Shown: positions 22,540 through 35,827, counted from the first letter of the stretch. The stretch is 64,000 nucleotides of DNA from Selaginella moellendorffii (GCF_000143415.4 NW_003314307.1:1096952-1160951); one strand, 5' to 3'. Notes: generated by a model from the sequence alone, not told the origin. Numbers and translations are program-made.

Positions 22540-23843
22540 ATAACATATCAACTTGTTACACTAAAGCTATATCCATTCACTTTTGTTTCATTGGTAGTCC
22601 AAGACTACTCATACTATACATCCATCCTAAAAACTAGGCTATCCATCCACGAGTGGTCATCCCCTAATCACACTTTAGCACCTTGAAGATGCTTGAAAAT
22701 TTGGGGAATACCCTTCTTTAATATCTTTCCATCGGTCCCCATCAAGTCCTACTCTATCCACAACAGTAGTCACTAACATTGCCATTGAGTCAAGGCTTGA
22801 AGGCTTGACTATTAAATCCTATTAATCTTTGGGACTTCTTTACCATATGACCATGCCCTTGGTCACTAAGCAAGAGGATTGTTTTTCTTCCTTCCCATAG
22901 TTTGAGACTTTAGGATAACATTTCAAAACACCATGGCCCTATATGAATTTTGTGGGTACTCTCCTTCTACTTTTAGGTGCCCTAGCCATGTGGCTAGAGT
23001 AAAGTTCTGATGAGCCATGCCACATATTCAAGTAGGTAGTGCCCCCCACATTTGGATTGGAAGCATAAACCATTTAATCTCCCAAGAGAGCTAAAGCTGG
23101 CTCTTGAACACTTCACTAAGTTACCCACTTACTTATCTATATTTATTCTAACCTTGGATTCCTCAATAATTATATCATCACCCACCATATAAGTATAGCC
23201 TTCCTTGGTCACATTGGCCTTTCTTAGCCAAATTGGTTTCCCTCCCCTTACTATCTTTTTGGAGCTCACCAAACCCCTTAGGGTCTGGGAAATAATTGTT
23301 TTGGGCTTTCACCCTCAGATTTGAACTTGGACTTGGTCTCAGTCTCAATGTTGGTGTTAGTGTAGATCTTGGTCTCGGTCTTGTTCTCGGTCTCAGTTTT
23401 GGTCTCAGTCTCAGTCTTAGTCTCGATCTCAGTCTCAATCTCGGTCTCGGTCTTGGTCTCAATCTCAGTCTCAGTCTCAGCCTCGATCTTGGACCTGGTC
23501 TTGGTTTCCATTTCGGACTTGACCTCGGGCTCCATTTTAGACTCCATCTCAAACTCCTTCTCGGATTCCATCTTATGTCCATCTCGAACTCCTTGGACTC
23601 CATCTCGGACTCTAACTCAGGTCCATCTCGAACTCCAACTCGGGTCCATCTCAGATTCTAACTTGGACTCCATCTCGGACTCCATCTTGGACTCCATCTT
23701 GGACTCCTTCTCAGACTCTATGTCAGGTCCATTTTAGACTTGGTCCTAACACTTCCACGTGTCCTCTTGTGTCCCTTTTCTAGAGGCTCACTTATTGATT
23801 GCTTTATGCTCGTTCCTCGAGCACTTCGTTGGGAGTTCCACTC
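22540..23843 (+). mobile_element. Partial copy of a long LTR-like repeat family (copy 1)
   Basis: Homologous to 27770-28500 (direct) and 28520-28910 (inverted); interrupted at 23843 by a gypsy LTR. Confidence 0.7.
23310..23745. repeat. 6-bp (gtctc[a/g]) and 12-bp (gactccatct[c/t]g) degenerate minisatellite
   Basis: Visible tandem units. They produce low-complexity ORFs (ETET, RLRP, SVSV) in several frames; a shorter version is at 28280-28420. Confidence 0.9.
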
Positions 23844-26800
23844 TGTTAGGCATCAGTTTTGACTATGTGGTCAACATCAGTTAAAGGGAGGCTCAAGGGT
23901 ATATTAAGGCATGTTAAGGTAAGGGACTTAACCTACCTTAAGGCTCACAGTGGAGCAGTAGTGCAGTGGAGCAGTAGTGCAGTGAAGTAGCTTGGGGGTG
24001 GTTGGGGGCTAAGGAATCTCAAGAGGAGGTGTAGTGTAGTCAAGGAAGACTAAATCTCTATTTTTTTTGCGCCAGATCATAACATTGGTATCAAAGGAGT
24101 TGGTTGCAATGGCCGACTAAGTTGAACACTGGAATTCTATTATCGATGGTGGTGCTGATAATGGTGCTAATGGAGTTGTGGAGGTTTGAACCATTCAAGA
24201 TGTTGTTCATGAGCTGCGAACCCTTAACCAAAATTAGCAAGAGATGCAAGATGAAATGCATGGCATGATGGATACCATGCGTGAGCCTGTTAAGGCACTC
24301 GAGGCTGGACGTAATAGCACTCCAAGTAAGCCTTCATTGGTAGATCAACTCAAGATTCCAACATTTTCCGGTGATAGTGGTGTGGATGAGTATCTCGCTT
24401 GGCTAGCCAATGTGAAGAAGTTCTTGGTTGCTAGAGGAACTCCAAATGTAGAAGCTTTAGTGGTTATTCCAATGGTTTTGCGTGATGCGGGTCTTCGGTG
24501 GTGGAATTGGCTTGAGGAGTCTCGTGTTGCTGATAAAAGACCACCAGTGTCAACCATGGATGAGTTTGAGGCTGCTTTTTGTTTACATTTTGCCCCTCAC
24601 TACGACATGGAGAATGCTCATACAGAACTTTGACATTTTCAGCAAGCGAAAATGACGTTTGTGGATTATATTGAGAAGCTTACTCACTTGATTAGCCATG
24701 TTCTAATGAAGGATTTAGATCAAAACAAATCTTACTTCATTGATGGCCTTCATAGTGAGAGTATGCAGCAACACTTGTGTTATTATCAGCCTACAAAGAG
24801 TTTGGAGGAGTTTTTTGAAGCGGCTCATCGACTTGACAATAACAAGCACAAGTCTTGCAAGCAATTGCGGAGTCCTACTGTCAAGAATTGTTGTGATGAT
24901 CACCATGGACACAAGGATGGCAACAAACATCATAAGTTGAAGTCTATGGTGACTACTTCAAATGCAAAGGGATCAAAAAAGTAGAAATTATTTGTAAAGA
25001 ATTATTGATAGGGTTGTCATCATTGTGGCGAGCTTGGACACTATAAGGCTAATTGTCCACAGCTGAAGAACAAGCAACAGGGCAAGAAGAATGGTCAATC
25101 TTTTACTAACAGTGAGTCAAATATTAAAAAGTTGTAAACTTTGCAGCGTGAGGATGACAGGGATGACTATTCCAGTCGAAGGAAGAGGCTTTCGATCATT
25201 GCTCATCAACTCAACTGTGTGTGGAATAAGATGGAGCTCGAGGATATTCGTGAATCAATTTTAATGCTATAGGGTGTATTCTGTAGCAGTCCAATGTGGA
25301 TTTTACTAGATAGTGGGAGTGATGACAACTTTGTTTTGGCAAATTTTGTTGCAGAGCATGGTCTGGTCACACGAGGAGTTCTTCCCTACACAGTGGAATG
25401 TGTAGCTACCTTTGCTCAGCATTTTGATGCTTGTATAGAGAAGCTAAAAGTGTTGGTTGGCAAAACCACACTTGTGGAAATTTTTTATCTCATGGATATC
25501 TATAGTGTGGATCTCATTTTTGGGATGCCATGGTTGGTGAAGGTGGATCTAGAAATAAAGTAGAGTATTAAGCGGAGTATGATGGTGTTAAAAGATGTGT
25601 GGTTTGGAGAGGGAGTTCAACCTCTAGTTATTATGCTCTTTGCTACATCTTAGTGGGGTTGTTGTAATGGAAAAACACTTTTGAGTTACTTGTTATTTGT
25701 TAGTGACTAAGGGGACTAAGGCACATGTGGGGGAGAAGCAGCAGTATAGGATGTACTCGACGAGTTTTCTAATGTTTTTCCATTTGAACTTCTTTATGGG
25801 TTGCCTCCATTACGAGGTGTGGAGCATGGGATTACTTTGGAGCCAGGGATGCAGCCAATTTACTAGTGTCCATTTCAGCTAAGTTATATGGAGGAGCAAG
25901 AAATTCAATGACAAGTCAAAGAGTTACTTGAGTTTGGATTTATTCAATTAAGTATATCTCCATTTGGTGCTCTAGTCTTGCTTGTGAAAAAGAAGGATGG
26001 TTCAATGCAGATGTGTATTGACTACCATACCTTGATTAAGAAGACAGTGAAGGATAAAAGGCCGATGCCACATGTGGATGATATCTTAGACAAGCTTGGT
26101 GAAGCACGAGTGTTTACCAAGATTGATTTGAGGAGTGGATATCATCAGATTGCAATGGATGATGCATTTATTTCCAAAATGGCATTCAACACAAACTTCA
26201 GACATTTTGAGTTTACAGTTATGCCATTTGGTTTGACGAATACACTAGCCACATTTACTGGGTTGATGACAGACGTATTTAGGTGTTATCTTCATGAGTT
26301 TGTGGAGATTTTCTTGGACGATATTCTTATTTTCAGCAAAAATATGGAGGAGCATAAGATGCATTTGCGCAAGGTTCTTTTGTTACTCCGTAATAACAAA
26401 CTTTATGCAAAAAAGAGCAAATGTGAGTTTGCAAAGTAGAGATGGAATATCTAAACCATATTGTGACATCTAAGAGTGTCAAGATGGATCCAAGGAAGGT
26501 GGTTGTAGTGGAGAATTGGCCTACACTGACTATAGTGGCCGAGTTGCGCAGTTTTCTTGATATGGCTAATTATTACTAATGGTTCCAGTATAAGTTTGTG
26601 GAGGTGGCTATTCCTTTGACACGGTTGTTATGCAAGAACGTGTCATTCAAATGGAAGAAGCCATAAGAAGAGAGTTTTGTAGTGCTGAAACGATTGTTGA
26701 GCAAGGCTCCGATGCTTCACATTGCTAATCCATCAAAATCTTATGAGGTGATATGCGATACAAGTGGTTATGAACTAAGAGGAGTTCTCATGCAAGAGGG

Positions 26801-27670
26801 ATAGCCTATTGCTTTTGAGAGTTGAACTTTAAATCCCGTTGAACAACGTTATTTCACATATGAGCAAGAATTACTCTCTATTGTTCATGCTTTGCAGACG
26901 TGGTGGCACTATCTTTATGGTTCAGTGTTCGTGGTGTTGATGGATCACAAACCACTTGTGTATCTTTTCACACAAAAGGAGTTGAACAGTAGACAAGCTC
27001 GTTGGATAATCAAACTCATGGAGTTTGAGGAGTTTCTTATTGAGCATTGTCCAGAAAAATCAAATGTGGTGATGGATGCTTTATCTTGCATTTGTCATGT
27101 TATGGCATTACAAACACGGTTTTGTTATCATTTGAGTAAGATGGTCAGTGAGTTTGGGCAGTTGGTTGAGCGTGCTCAGGCTCAGGATGCTGAGGTGGCC
27201 TCTTTGTGCGACCAAATGAAAGCCCCTTTCTCATTGGTGGATAGGATTCTCTATTACATTGGCCATGTATATTTGCCACGGGTGGAAGCGTTAATTACTC
27301 AAGTTTTATTCTACTATTATGTTTGTCTAAAGGCCAGCTATTTTAGGGCGAAGAAGACATAAACGCAATTTTTATTGAAGGAATATGAAGGTTGATATCT
27401 TCGAGTATTGTAAATCATGCAAGCTTTGTCAGCGAGTAAAGGTGCTATGGGAGAAGTCAGGGGGACTTTACAACTTTTACCTATTCCTTAGAGCTGTTGA
27501 TGTAGTATTTCTATGGACTTTATCACTTATTTGCCACAAACACAGAGGCAAAAGGAGCAAGTATGGGTCATACTGGATCGATTGACGAAATATGTGCAGT
27601 TGTTGGCTCTTCAGAAAACTATCACTACCTTAGACTTAGCTATAGTCTACTTGGAGAAAGTGTTTCTTGA
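23844..27670 (+). mobile_element. Degenerate chromovirus-type Ty3/gypsy element (5' LTR 23844-24084, tRNA-Met PBS, gag-PR-RT-RH-INT; 3' truncated)
   Basis: LTR TGTTAGG...ATAACA, then TGGTATCAAAGG at 24086. Zn knuckle CHHCGELGHYKANC; protease LLDSGSDDNF; RT 'FTKIDLRSGYHQI...FLDDILIFS'; RNase H 'DHKPLVYL...RQARW'; integrase HHCC remnant 'CKLCQRVK'. Confidence 0.92.
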
Positions 27671-28510
27671 CTCACAACCTCCATAAGTCCTATTTTAAAC
27701 ATGGGGCTTGTTAGCCCTAAAAATGCCATCCATGCCACTCAACTTTTGCACTTGGTCCAAGTGTTCCACGTCCCACCGTCCTTTGGGACTTCCTCACTAT
27801 ATGACCATATCCTTGGTCACTACATCAAAGGACCACTCATTTTCCTTTCCACAGTCTAGGACTTTGGGATGACATTTCGAAACACTATAGCCCTATACAA
27901 GCTTCGTGGGTATTTTCCCCACCTTCCACCTTTATGTGCCCTTGCTATGTGGCTAGAGCGAGGTTCCGATGAGCCACGCTAGGTATCCAAGTAAGTAGTG
28001 CCACCAACACTTGGATTAAGAGCATTGACTATTTGATCTTTTAGGGGAGCTAAAGCCAGCTCTTGAACACTTCACCAAGCTATCCTACTTGTCTATCTAT
28101 ATTCACTTTAGCCTTAGACTCCTCAGTGGTTTTATCATCACCGACCACATGGGTATAGCTTTCCTTGGTCACACTAGCCTTTTCTGGCCAAACTGGCTCT
28201 ACTAGAGTCCTCCCCTACTATACTTTTGGAGCTCACCAAACCCCCTAGGGTCTAGGGGATGAACGCATTAAGCTTTCACTCTCGGACACAGACTAGGTCT
28301 CAGACTCGGACTCGGGCTCGGGCTCGAACTCGGATTTGGACTCAGTCTTAGTCTTGGTCTCGGTCTCAGTCTTGGTCTCCATCTTGGGTTCTTCTCAAAC
28401 TCTATCTCGAACTCCATCTCAAGTCCCTTTTCTAGAGACTCATTTACTACTTGCTTTGTGCTCATTCCTCGAGCTCTTCGTTGGGAGTTTCATTCCCACT
28501 CTTAACTATT
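27670..28510 (+). mobile_element. Long LTR-like repeat family, copy 2
   Basis: Direct homology to 22820-23843; truncates the gypsy integrase. Confidence 0.7.
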
Positions 28511-28519
28511 CAAGTTAGA

Positions 28520-29106
28520 GCTTTTAGTCTAAACTCAAAGTCTTAGACTGTGGAAAGGCAGAGAAGCAGTCCTCTTGCATGGTGACCAAGGGCATGGTCA
28601 CATGGTGAGGAAGTCCTAGAGGGCAATGGGACTTAGTGGTTGGGCTTTTGGACCCTGATTCAATGGTGGTATTAGTGCGCACTATTGTAAATGGAGTGGG
28701 ACTTGATAAGGACTAAAGAAGGGATATTGGGGAAGGATATTCCCCATATCTCTAGGCATCCTCAGGATGGTAAGGCATAGTTATGGGATGACCACATATA
28801 GGCGGATAACCCAATCTTTAAGAGATAGGTCTATGGCACAAGTGGTCTTAGATTACCAATGAGATAAAAGTGAATGGATATGGCTTTAGCATAATGGGTT
28901 GATATGCCAATGTTACCTTTGGGTGTTTATCATGGGATTGGACACATGGTGCACTTAAACCAAGTGCAAAGGGAAAGTGGTATTCACGAGGCTAAAAAGT
29001 CCCTAATGTGGGAATCGAACTTATGAAGGTTGTGAGTGGGAATCCTCTAAGTGGTTGAAGATGTGGTTAAGTGATTAAAGTACAATGGAAAATTTAGTCG
29101 CTTACA
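28520..29106 (-). mobile_element. Long LTR-like repeat family, copy 3 (inverted, includes TG terminus)
   Basis: Reverse complement begins TGTAAGCGACTAAATTTTCCATTGTACTTT; homologous to 22540-22910, 27670-27870 and 34649 onward. Confidence 0.7.
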
Positions 29107-30335
29107 TTATGATCTATAAAACAAAACTAAATTGTATTAAAATCTTAATAATATAATTTACCTCTTTAAAATTAGAGGCAACTCACAAAATTCTCTAAGC
29201 CGGCATTTGAAGAAATGATATTCTTTAATAGTAAACATCAACCTACCAAAGTCACATGTTACCTCCTCCATTGAACCACTATTTATTGTACAATCAATCA
29301 TAACACCATCTAATGGACAATAGAGCTCAAGACTTGCATTGTTGATGGAGTTTAAAATAGGTATTAGGATATATGTTGTAGATTTGTTTGTCCACAAAGT
29401 TGGGTATGATATCAGTAAAATTGTTATACTAGGAAAAACATTGCTATACGCTTGCTATCATAAAACCTATCATATGTGTTTTTGTAGAAGGCATAATAGG
29501 TCCACATCATAACCTAGAAAATATGAAAGTTTAGAAATTAGATAAATATATAAAATACCAAATACCAAATACCTACTCACCTTTTAACTTATCTAAGACA
29601 CCTCTAGTATCAATACTAACAGGATTTATGATTCACTTAGAAGAGAATGACTTGAAACGAACTTCTGTTATATATATCATAAGCTTATACATCCAATCAA
29701 GTTTGTTTAGTAGGATAAAGATTACATGGCTAATTTCAAGCATAAGTGCTTTCGACAAGATGAATGTATCATATATGTGGTTGAATGTGAGAAAGCTCTA
29801 GTTCTTGACTTTCCCATTAATATTTGAAAGACCCTTTGGAAAGTCGAAGAAAAGGAATTTTGCAATTAGGTGCAAGGGCCTTTGTATCTTTTGGTAGTAA
29901 TGGTCAAATTAGCACTATATGTCTATGTTCATATTGTCTTTCATGAAAAATGTTCACAATTTATAAGCTTGTGAGTTTGGACTTCCTAGTAAATCACATA
30001 ACCTAGTACTATTCAAACCCAAGGACACTTAACTCTAAACACCCCAAAACTTTTAATTGGTTGGAAAAAGATATTTATGTGCCCTTTCCCTTCATATTTA
30101 ACCCTTCTAAATCATTTCTTGAGTCATTATTTTTTGTTGCTTATAATCCACCATGCTTATTACAAATTCACTCCCTTATGAACAAAAGCTAAGAGCCACA
30201 ATTTTCCTAAGAGCCTTACTTTTGATACCCTAACCCTTGGATTAAACCCAACCAAACAAATACTAAACCACTAAATGTTAATTTTAATATGTGGTATGAT
30301 TTTTCTAGTTAATAAATAGAGTTGGATTTGAGACC

Positions 30336-31400
30336 TTTTAGATACCAAGTTGTAAGCTTCTAAATTTAGACTTCCCAAGAAGTCACTTAACCCAGTACTT
30401 ATTGAAAGGAAAAGCCCTTTAACGTAAGGAGAAATACACCAATCTACTATTACTCAAGTGCTACTCAAAACTCTTGTATGAACTCTCTACTATAGTGCAT
30501 ATGATTATGGAATGAGATTTGGATATACTGTCACCATAAATCCTTGGAACCTTGGGGGATAAATGGGGATAAATAGCAGCTAAGGGCTCTTTCATTAAGC
30601 AATTGCCCCTTTTTTAATTGGCTTAAGGGGAGAGAGATAGAGTGTGCTACATGTGGTATTAGAGTAAATGGCACAGGTTCGATTCCCATTAATTAGTGGC
30701 TACTTAAAAATATAATATATCCTTGAGCAAGGTATATTCCTACCCCTAAATTTGAAATTATACGTATTGGGCATCCATGTGTATGTCCTTCCTTTTGTGT
30801 GGAGTATCCATAGACGAAGGTATCCACCATGGGACTATGATACTCCACACACGAAGGTATCCACCATGGGACTACGGTACGGGTGGATAACTAGTTGCCT
30901 CACATGGAATAGCTGATTTACACAATGGAAGGATTGGTAGATTCAGTGCAAAAATGGAGGTGGTAATTCCCTTTGGCTCAGTAAGGGTTGTTACTCAATA
31001 GTTAATGAAGACATTGATATCTCTGAAGGGGGGGGTGAATGTAGCACATGTGATCATGGGATGAGATTTGGATATACTATCATTATGGATCTTTGGAACT
31101 TTAGGGGATAAATAGGGATAAAATAGCCATTAAAGGCTCTCTCTCATCAAACAATTGCCCCTTTCCAATTGGTTTAAAGGGAGAAAGATAGGGTGCATTA
31201 CATCTACCCTAGAAAATAAGGGGAATATACACTTGCACTCTATATTCCAATAGTGGAATATACCAAGGAATCTTGCTCAAGCTCTAAGCTATATCCTAAT
31301 AGATGATTATGAGGTAATGTGCTAGCTCTACCGTGTGTGAGAAACCTATGACCTCTGCAATATGATATGTTGTGTTGGCACTACTAAGAGAAGAACACAA
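30336..31400 (-). mobile_element. LTR remnant with tRNA-Met PBS, host of the TRIM
   Basis: Minus strand reads ...CTTACA-ACT-TGGTATC at 30341-30356; far boundary is approximate. Confidence 0.4.
30491..31202 (+). mobile_element. Complete TRIM (non-autonomous miniature LTR retrotransposon), 712 bp
   Basis: LTR1 30491-30651 and LTR2 31040-31202 (about 160 bp, roughly 80% identical by eye). PBS TGGTATTAGAG 30654-30664; PPT GAAGGGGGGGGTGAA just before LTR2; 5-bp TSD TCTAC at 30486-30490 and 31203-31207; non-coding interior. Confidence 0.92.
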
Positions 31401-32699
31401 AGAAAACACAAAGAAAGAAACAAGAGAAAGAGAAGAAGTTACAAAGTTTTAGGATCAAGGGAAAACCTTGTAAGAAAAACTTGATCCAAGAACTAAGAAC
31501 TCAACCCAAGAGAAAAGGAATTAGGATAAACAAAGAAGAAAGAAAAGAGAAAACAAACAAAGAGATAAAGAGGCAAAGAAAGTAAAGTGTACCTAAAGGA
31601 TAGGAAGGACTAACGTGAATTGCTGCCTCAAAGGCTCTTGAGCCTCCAAGAAGTACCCCAAGTTCTCCCAAGTCAATCTCAAAGTCCTAATAAAAAAAGA
31701 GTGCAAGTGAAAGCAATTGGTGACTGTGAAAGAGTGGTTGTGGTGATGATTGGTGAGTAATAATGGCGGCCGAATGGTGAGATGATAATGGTGGGGGTCT
31801 TCTAGTATGTGATGGTTGTCAAGTGTGTCTACATCTTGCATACTTGTTGTGAAAGAGAAAAACATGTGCAGCTAGTAGGCAACATCTACTCAGATCACTA
31901 GTTTATTGCTATAGAAAGTGCAGGATCCCCAACATTGTGGACATATGGTGTGGAAATGGGATGGAACATAAGTAGGTAAGTGTAATGAGTGATGGAAAAT
32001 GGTGTAATGAGTGACTAAATGAGTGAATAGTGACTATGAGTAAATGAGAATGGAGAGAATGATATGTAGAATGAAGTGATTGGGAGAAAAACTGGGACAA
32101 AAAACTAAACTTTAAAGAAACTTGAGCTTCTAGAAGAACAAGATTGATGTAGCCTTAGGAACAACTTAGGGAAGACCTTGGTTCTCTAGAGGAAATACCA
32201 TCTGAACAAAGTAGAAAACATGAAAGAAAGTTGAAGAAGGAAAGGGCAAGTGAAAAGAAAAAAAAGAGGAAGACAAAGAAAGATTTCACAACATAAAAAG
32301 ATTGAAGAACTCTCTCCTGGTGATTGAGTTTGTGCTTAGAGATCCTAAAGAGTTTTGAAGGAGGCCAAAGATGCTGCAAAAGTTGGCCATATCACCCTCT
32401 AATGTGTGATGTCATGTAGGCCCAAAATGAGTAGGATTGCTGAAATGAGGAAATCTGGAACTCATATATGTGTGGCAATGTCTAAAGCCCTTAGAGTATG
32501 GAAGAATGTGGCTCCAAAGCAGTGAACTCAGTTGGAAGAGCTCACAAAAATCCAGAGTAGCCACAAATGATACCACAATCACTGCAGATGATGCCATAGT
32601 TAATATCTTGTGGTTGGAGAAATCTAGTGTGATGTGTCAAGGCTAGAGAAGCTTCGAAAAAGAGCTAGGCTGATGGTGGAGAAAAAGTGCTACTTTCAC

Positions 32700-35400
32700 C
32701 ACCTTTAGCTGGTAGATAATCTGCAAGCTTATGGCTTGCATGCACTATATCCATCTATTGTGTTAGAGTGTTATGGACCATATTCTTTCCTGGTCAAGAG
32801 CCACTACTTTTTCTTGAAAATTCATATGTATATCACCCCTGTTAATATAGCTGTATGGAATCTCCAAGCTAGAAAGAACTAGATCTAGCACCTCTAGCTG
32901 TATGAGGAGGTATTGTTGAGCCTCCTTTTGTGTCCCTATAGTAGGATCTATCTCAAGAAAGTCACTTTCCAAAGGCACCACAAAAATTATATTCTCCTCC
33001 AAATTGGGCATTTTTGGAATCTCAAGATTTTTTTTTGGATGTTTTGCCTCCTTGAGTTTGAGTGAGTGTGGTAATGCAGAATGGATGGAGAAGTTGAGGG
33101 ACAATGTGTGTGTAGAAAATCAATTATGTTGCATTGCAATTGCAAAGACTCCTTTGTTGTATCAGAGTGTGATGAGCAAGCACTAGATTGCTGCAAAGAG
33201 GGGTCTGGCTGTGATGTTGTAACCTAAGCCACGTCTTGAAAAGCTAAAGCTTGGCCTTTGGCATTGAGGACTATCACTTGGCTGGTTTTTCACCTAATTT
33301 GCAATTGGCTATTCTTGAAGTCAAAGAAGCAACACACCACATCTAGCTATGGCTGTCCTAAGATGACTTACTTCTCACATAAAGAGGTTCCCAAAGAATT
33401 TAGTCCACAACAAGGAAGTCAACTATGAACTTGTGAAGTGCAACTTTCCACAGGTGCTAAAGTGTGATTTGCAAAGGTCTTTAGCACCTTGGAATACTTC
33501 TGGATTTAGAGATTTGTTTATTGAGCAAGAGTGAAGGAGAGAATGTTTATGGCTGAGCTAAAGTCAGCAAGCACATTAATGCCTAAAATTGTCACTAGAA
33601 CTATGAATGTGTTAGGATCAAGAGCCATTTTGGCATTGAAAATAGGAATAAGAGCCATGTCTAGGCCTGGAGAGGGTGCTATTCCACTAAGAGCTCATAT
33701 TAAGACCTCAAGCTGCTTAAGCAAAGCCAGAAATTGGTGGGAAAGAGCACCAAATGTTGTCATGATTGGAGTTGCCATGACTTGGTCAATAAGATTGCTT
33801 GGGTGATTTGATATCAAAGGAGACCCTCCTAATTATGTGTTGGTGAAGTTTGGCACACATGCAAAAAGTGGAACCTAAGATATTAATAAGGACTTTGGCA
33901 ATGTTGCAAATGCCTCCAAGAAGGGCAATTTGTGAGTAGTGAGAACTGGAGGGGAAACAACTACTAGAGCTAATGCTAGTGTGGTTTCCAATTCATCTGC
34001 TGCTGTTTATGCCTTCCTCTGATCTTGGGTAGCCACCTTTGCTGTTAGCTCCTCTACCACATAGATTGTATTCATTGGGAATTTGCTATGATCATTTGCC
34101 GATGGTGTTTCAAGGGCACATGTCTCATGGTACTCTATGAAGGTGTTCAAGGCTATGTTTTCCACAAATAACTGTCATTGGAGTCTTTGCTCATGTGGCA
34201 TTTGTCTTTGTTGACACAATTATGGACATAGCTTCGGATATAATTGCCAAGAACTAACTATGCTGTGTGATTAAACCTTGCACTCCTCATTCCAATGGGG
34301 CTGTCACTATGGGTGGTCCTATGCAACCATCTTTAGTGCTCAAAGTTCCTTCATGAGTTTGCTTTATTGCTTTTGTTGTTTCTGAAGGATTGCCTTGTAC
34401 TCTTTAAAGTCAGCCAAAGTAGACTCAATTGTAGTGGTTATCTTCTCAATGATTGGTTGTGGTGCTATGACACAAGTAGAGGCACAGGGACAAACTATTA
34501 GGGGTCCTTGAACAAGCTCCTCAATGAGTTCATAAAACATTTCCAACTCAAACTCTATGACATGTGTGTTAGTCATTGTGGCATTGCTAGTGGCAGCACT
34601 TGGCAACTTTCTTATGGAGCCTAGGTTTGAGGCTTTGTACAAAGGCTATATAAGTGATTAATTTTTTCATTCTACTTTAGTCACTTAATCACACATTTGA
34701 CCATTTGGAGGAGTCTTATTTTCGATTTAAGGACTTGTGTAAGCCACAAATTTTTCCTTTTTAATTTGCTAGCTTACTTTGTTTATTTGACCACCTCTAC
34801 CTTGGCATTAGTTAAATTCCCTTGCCAAATTTCCCACCTATTGTACTAGCTTTTACTTGGTTTTAACTACTCACTACACAAGCAATATAATGTTAACCAT
34901 CCATCTATAGATTCCCAAACTCTTTCTTCATCCCCCTCCCCAAGTTATATTAGACTTAAGGTTTAATTATACTCCCCACAGGCACAAATATCCAACCACA
35001 CCAAACCTCAAAGTTCCTAACATCCTTTAGTACAACAAAACTTGATTATGGGACCCTTTAAATCCCAAGCCTTGAGTGCATCTCTTACTTCGGGACCTTA
35101 GGGGAAACACCATGGCATAATAGTCTGGTATAAATACCTTTATTCACCCACTTCCATCTTGAAGGAAAAATTAAAGCCCTTAAGAAGGGGTAAGAATAAA
35201 TGAGCTACATAGTACTCAAGTGGGGTACCACTCTACATGAGTTAGAAAGATTATGGTTGGTTTCCCTTCCGAAAGTGGGAGTTCTTCTTGAGCATTTCCT
35301 TAGGTGGCTTCTCTGATATCACTTGAGTTTTTGCTCACTCCTGCCCCTAATCCGTAATCTCAACCTCAAATTAGTTTAAAATCACTATTGAAAAATTCTT
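32700..35400 (-). mobile_element. Old degenerate LTR retrotransposon (gag-like region) with an inserted long-LTR family terminus at 34649
   Basis: PBS-like TGATATCAGAG on the minus strand at 35311-35321; decayed Cys/His knuckle-like text near 34100-34260; fragmentary ORFs. Boundaries approximate. Confidence 0.4.
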
Positions 35401-35827
35401 TCAAGACTGATTCTTAGACCTCATTATCATTATTATACTTTTGGAACCCTCTATAGCACCCCCACCCCCCCCCCCCCCCGGGAGATGATCACTTTAGGCT
35501 TTTACCCCATGAACTATATTAGTATTTAGACTCAATCTCAAATTCGGGTAACCATGCGTTATTACATGCAACACGTAGCAATTTATTTTGTCTAGAAGTA
35601 TATTAAATATATTCATATTCTGCATCTAATAAATAAAAATAATTTATTGTTAACAATTTTTTTTTCACTTTTTTTTGAGTTGGGTATTAGATTTCTTAAA
35701 ATCTTAGTATTCTAAATATACTCCTAAGTAGTGCTTTGCATCTAATATCTTTTTTAATAATATTTACTAAGTAATACTTCTTTTTCACTTTGGGAATATA
35801 GTAGTGTTTTACTATCTTTTATAGTGT

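Noticed and set aside
23178-23737. ETET, RLRP and SVSV low-complexity ORFs as genes
   Set aside because: Translation products of the 6/12-bp minisatellite in a repeat.
23948-23990. 16-bp tandem repeat and other short direct repeats as a CRISPR array
   Set aside because: Units are adjacent with no spacers, lie inside an LTR, and the context is eukaryotic.
29110-30330. Fragmentary minus-strand ORFs as a transposase or gag
   Set aside because: Too decayed; no diagnostic motif.
30654-30700. Complete tRNA gene or SINE
   Set aside because: Only a B-box 11-mer; no cloverleaf can be formed.
35455-35480. Poly-C run (and poly-G at ~20137-20152)
   Set aside because: Simple homopolymers with no supporting context.
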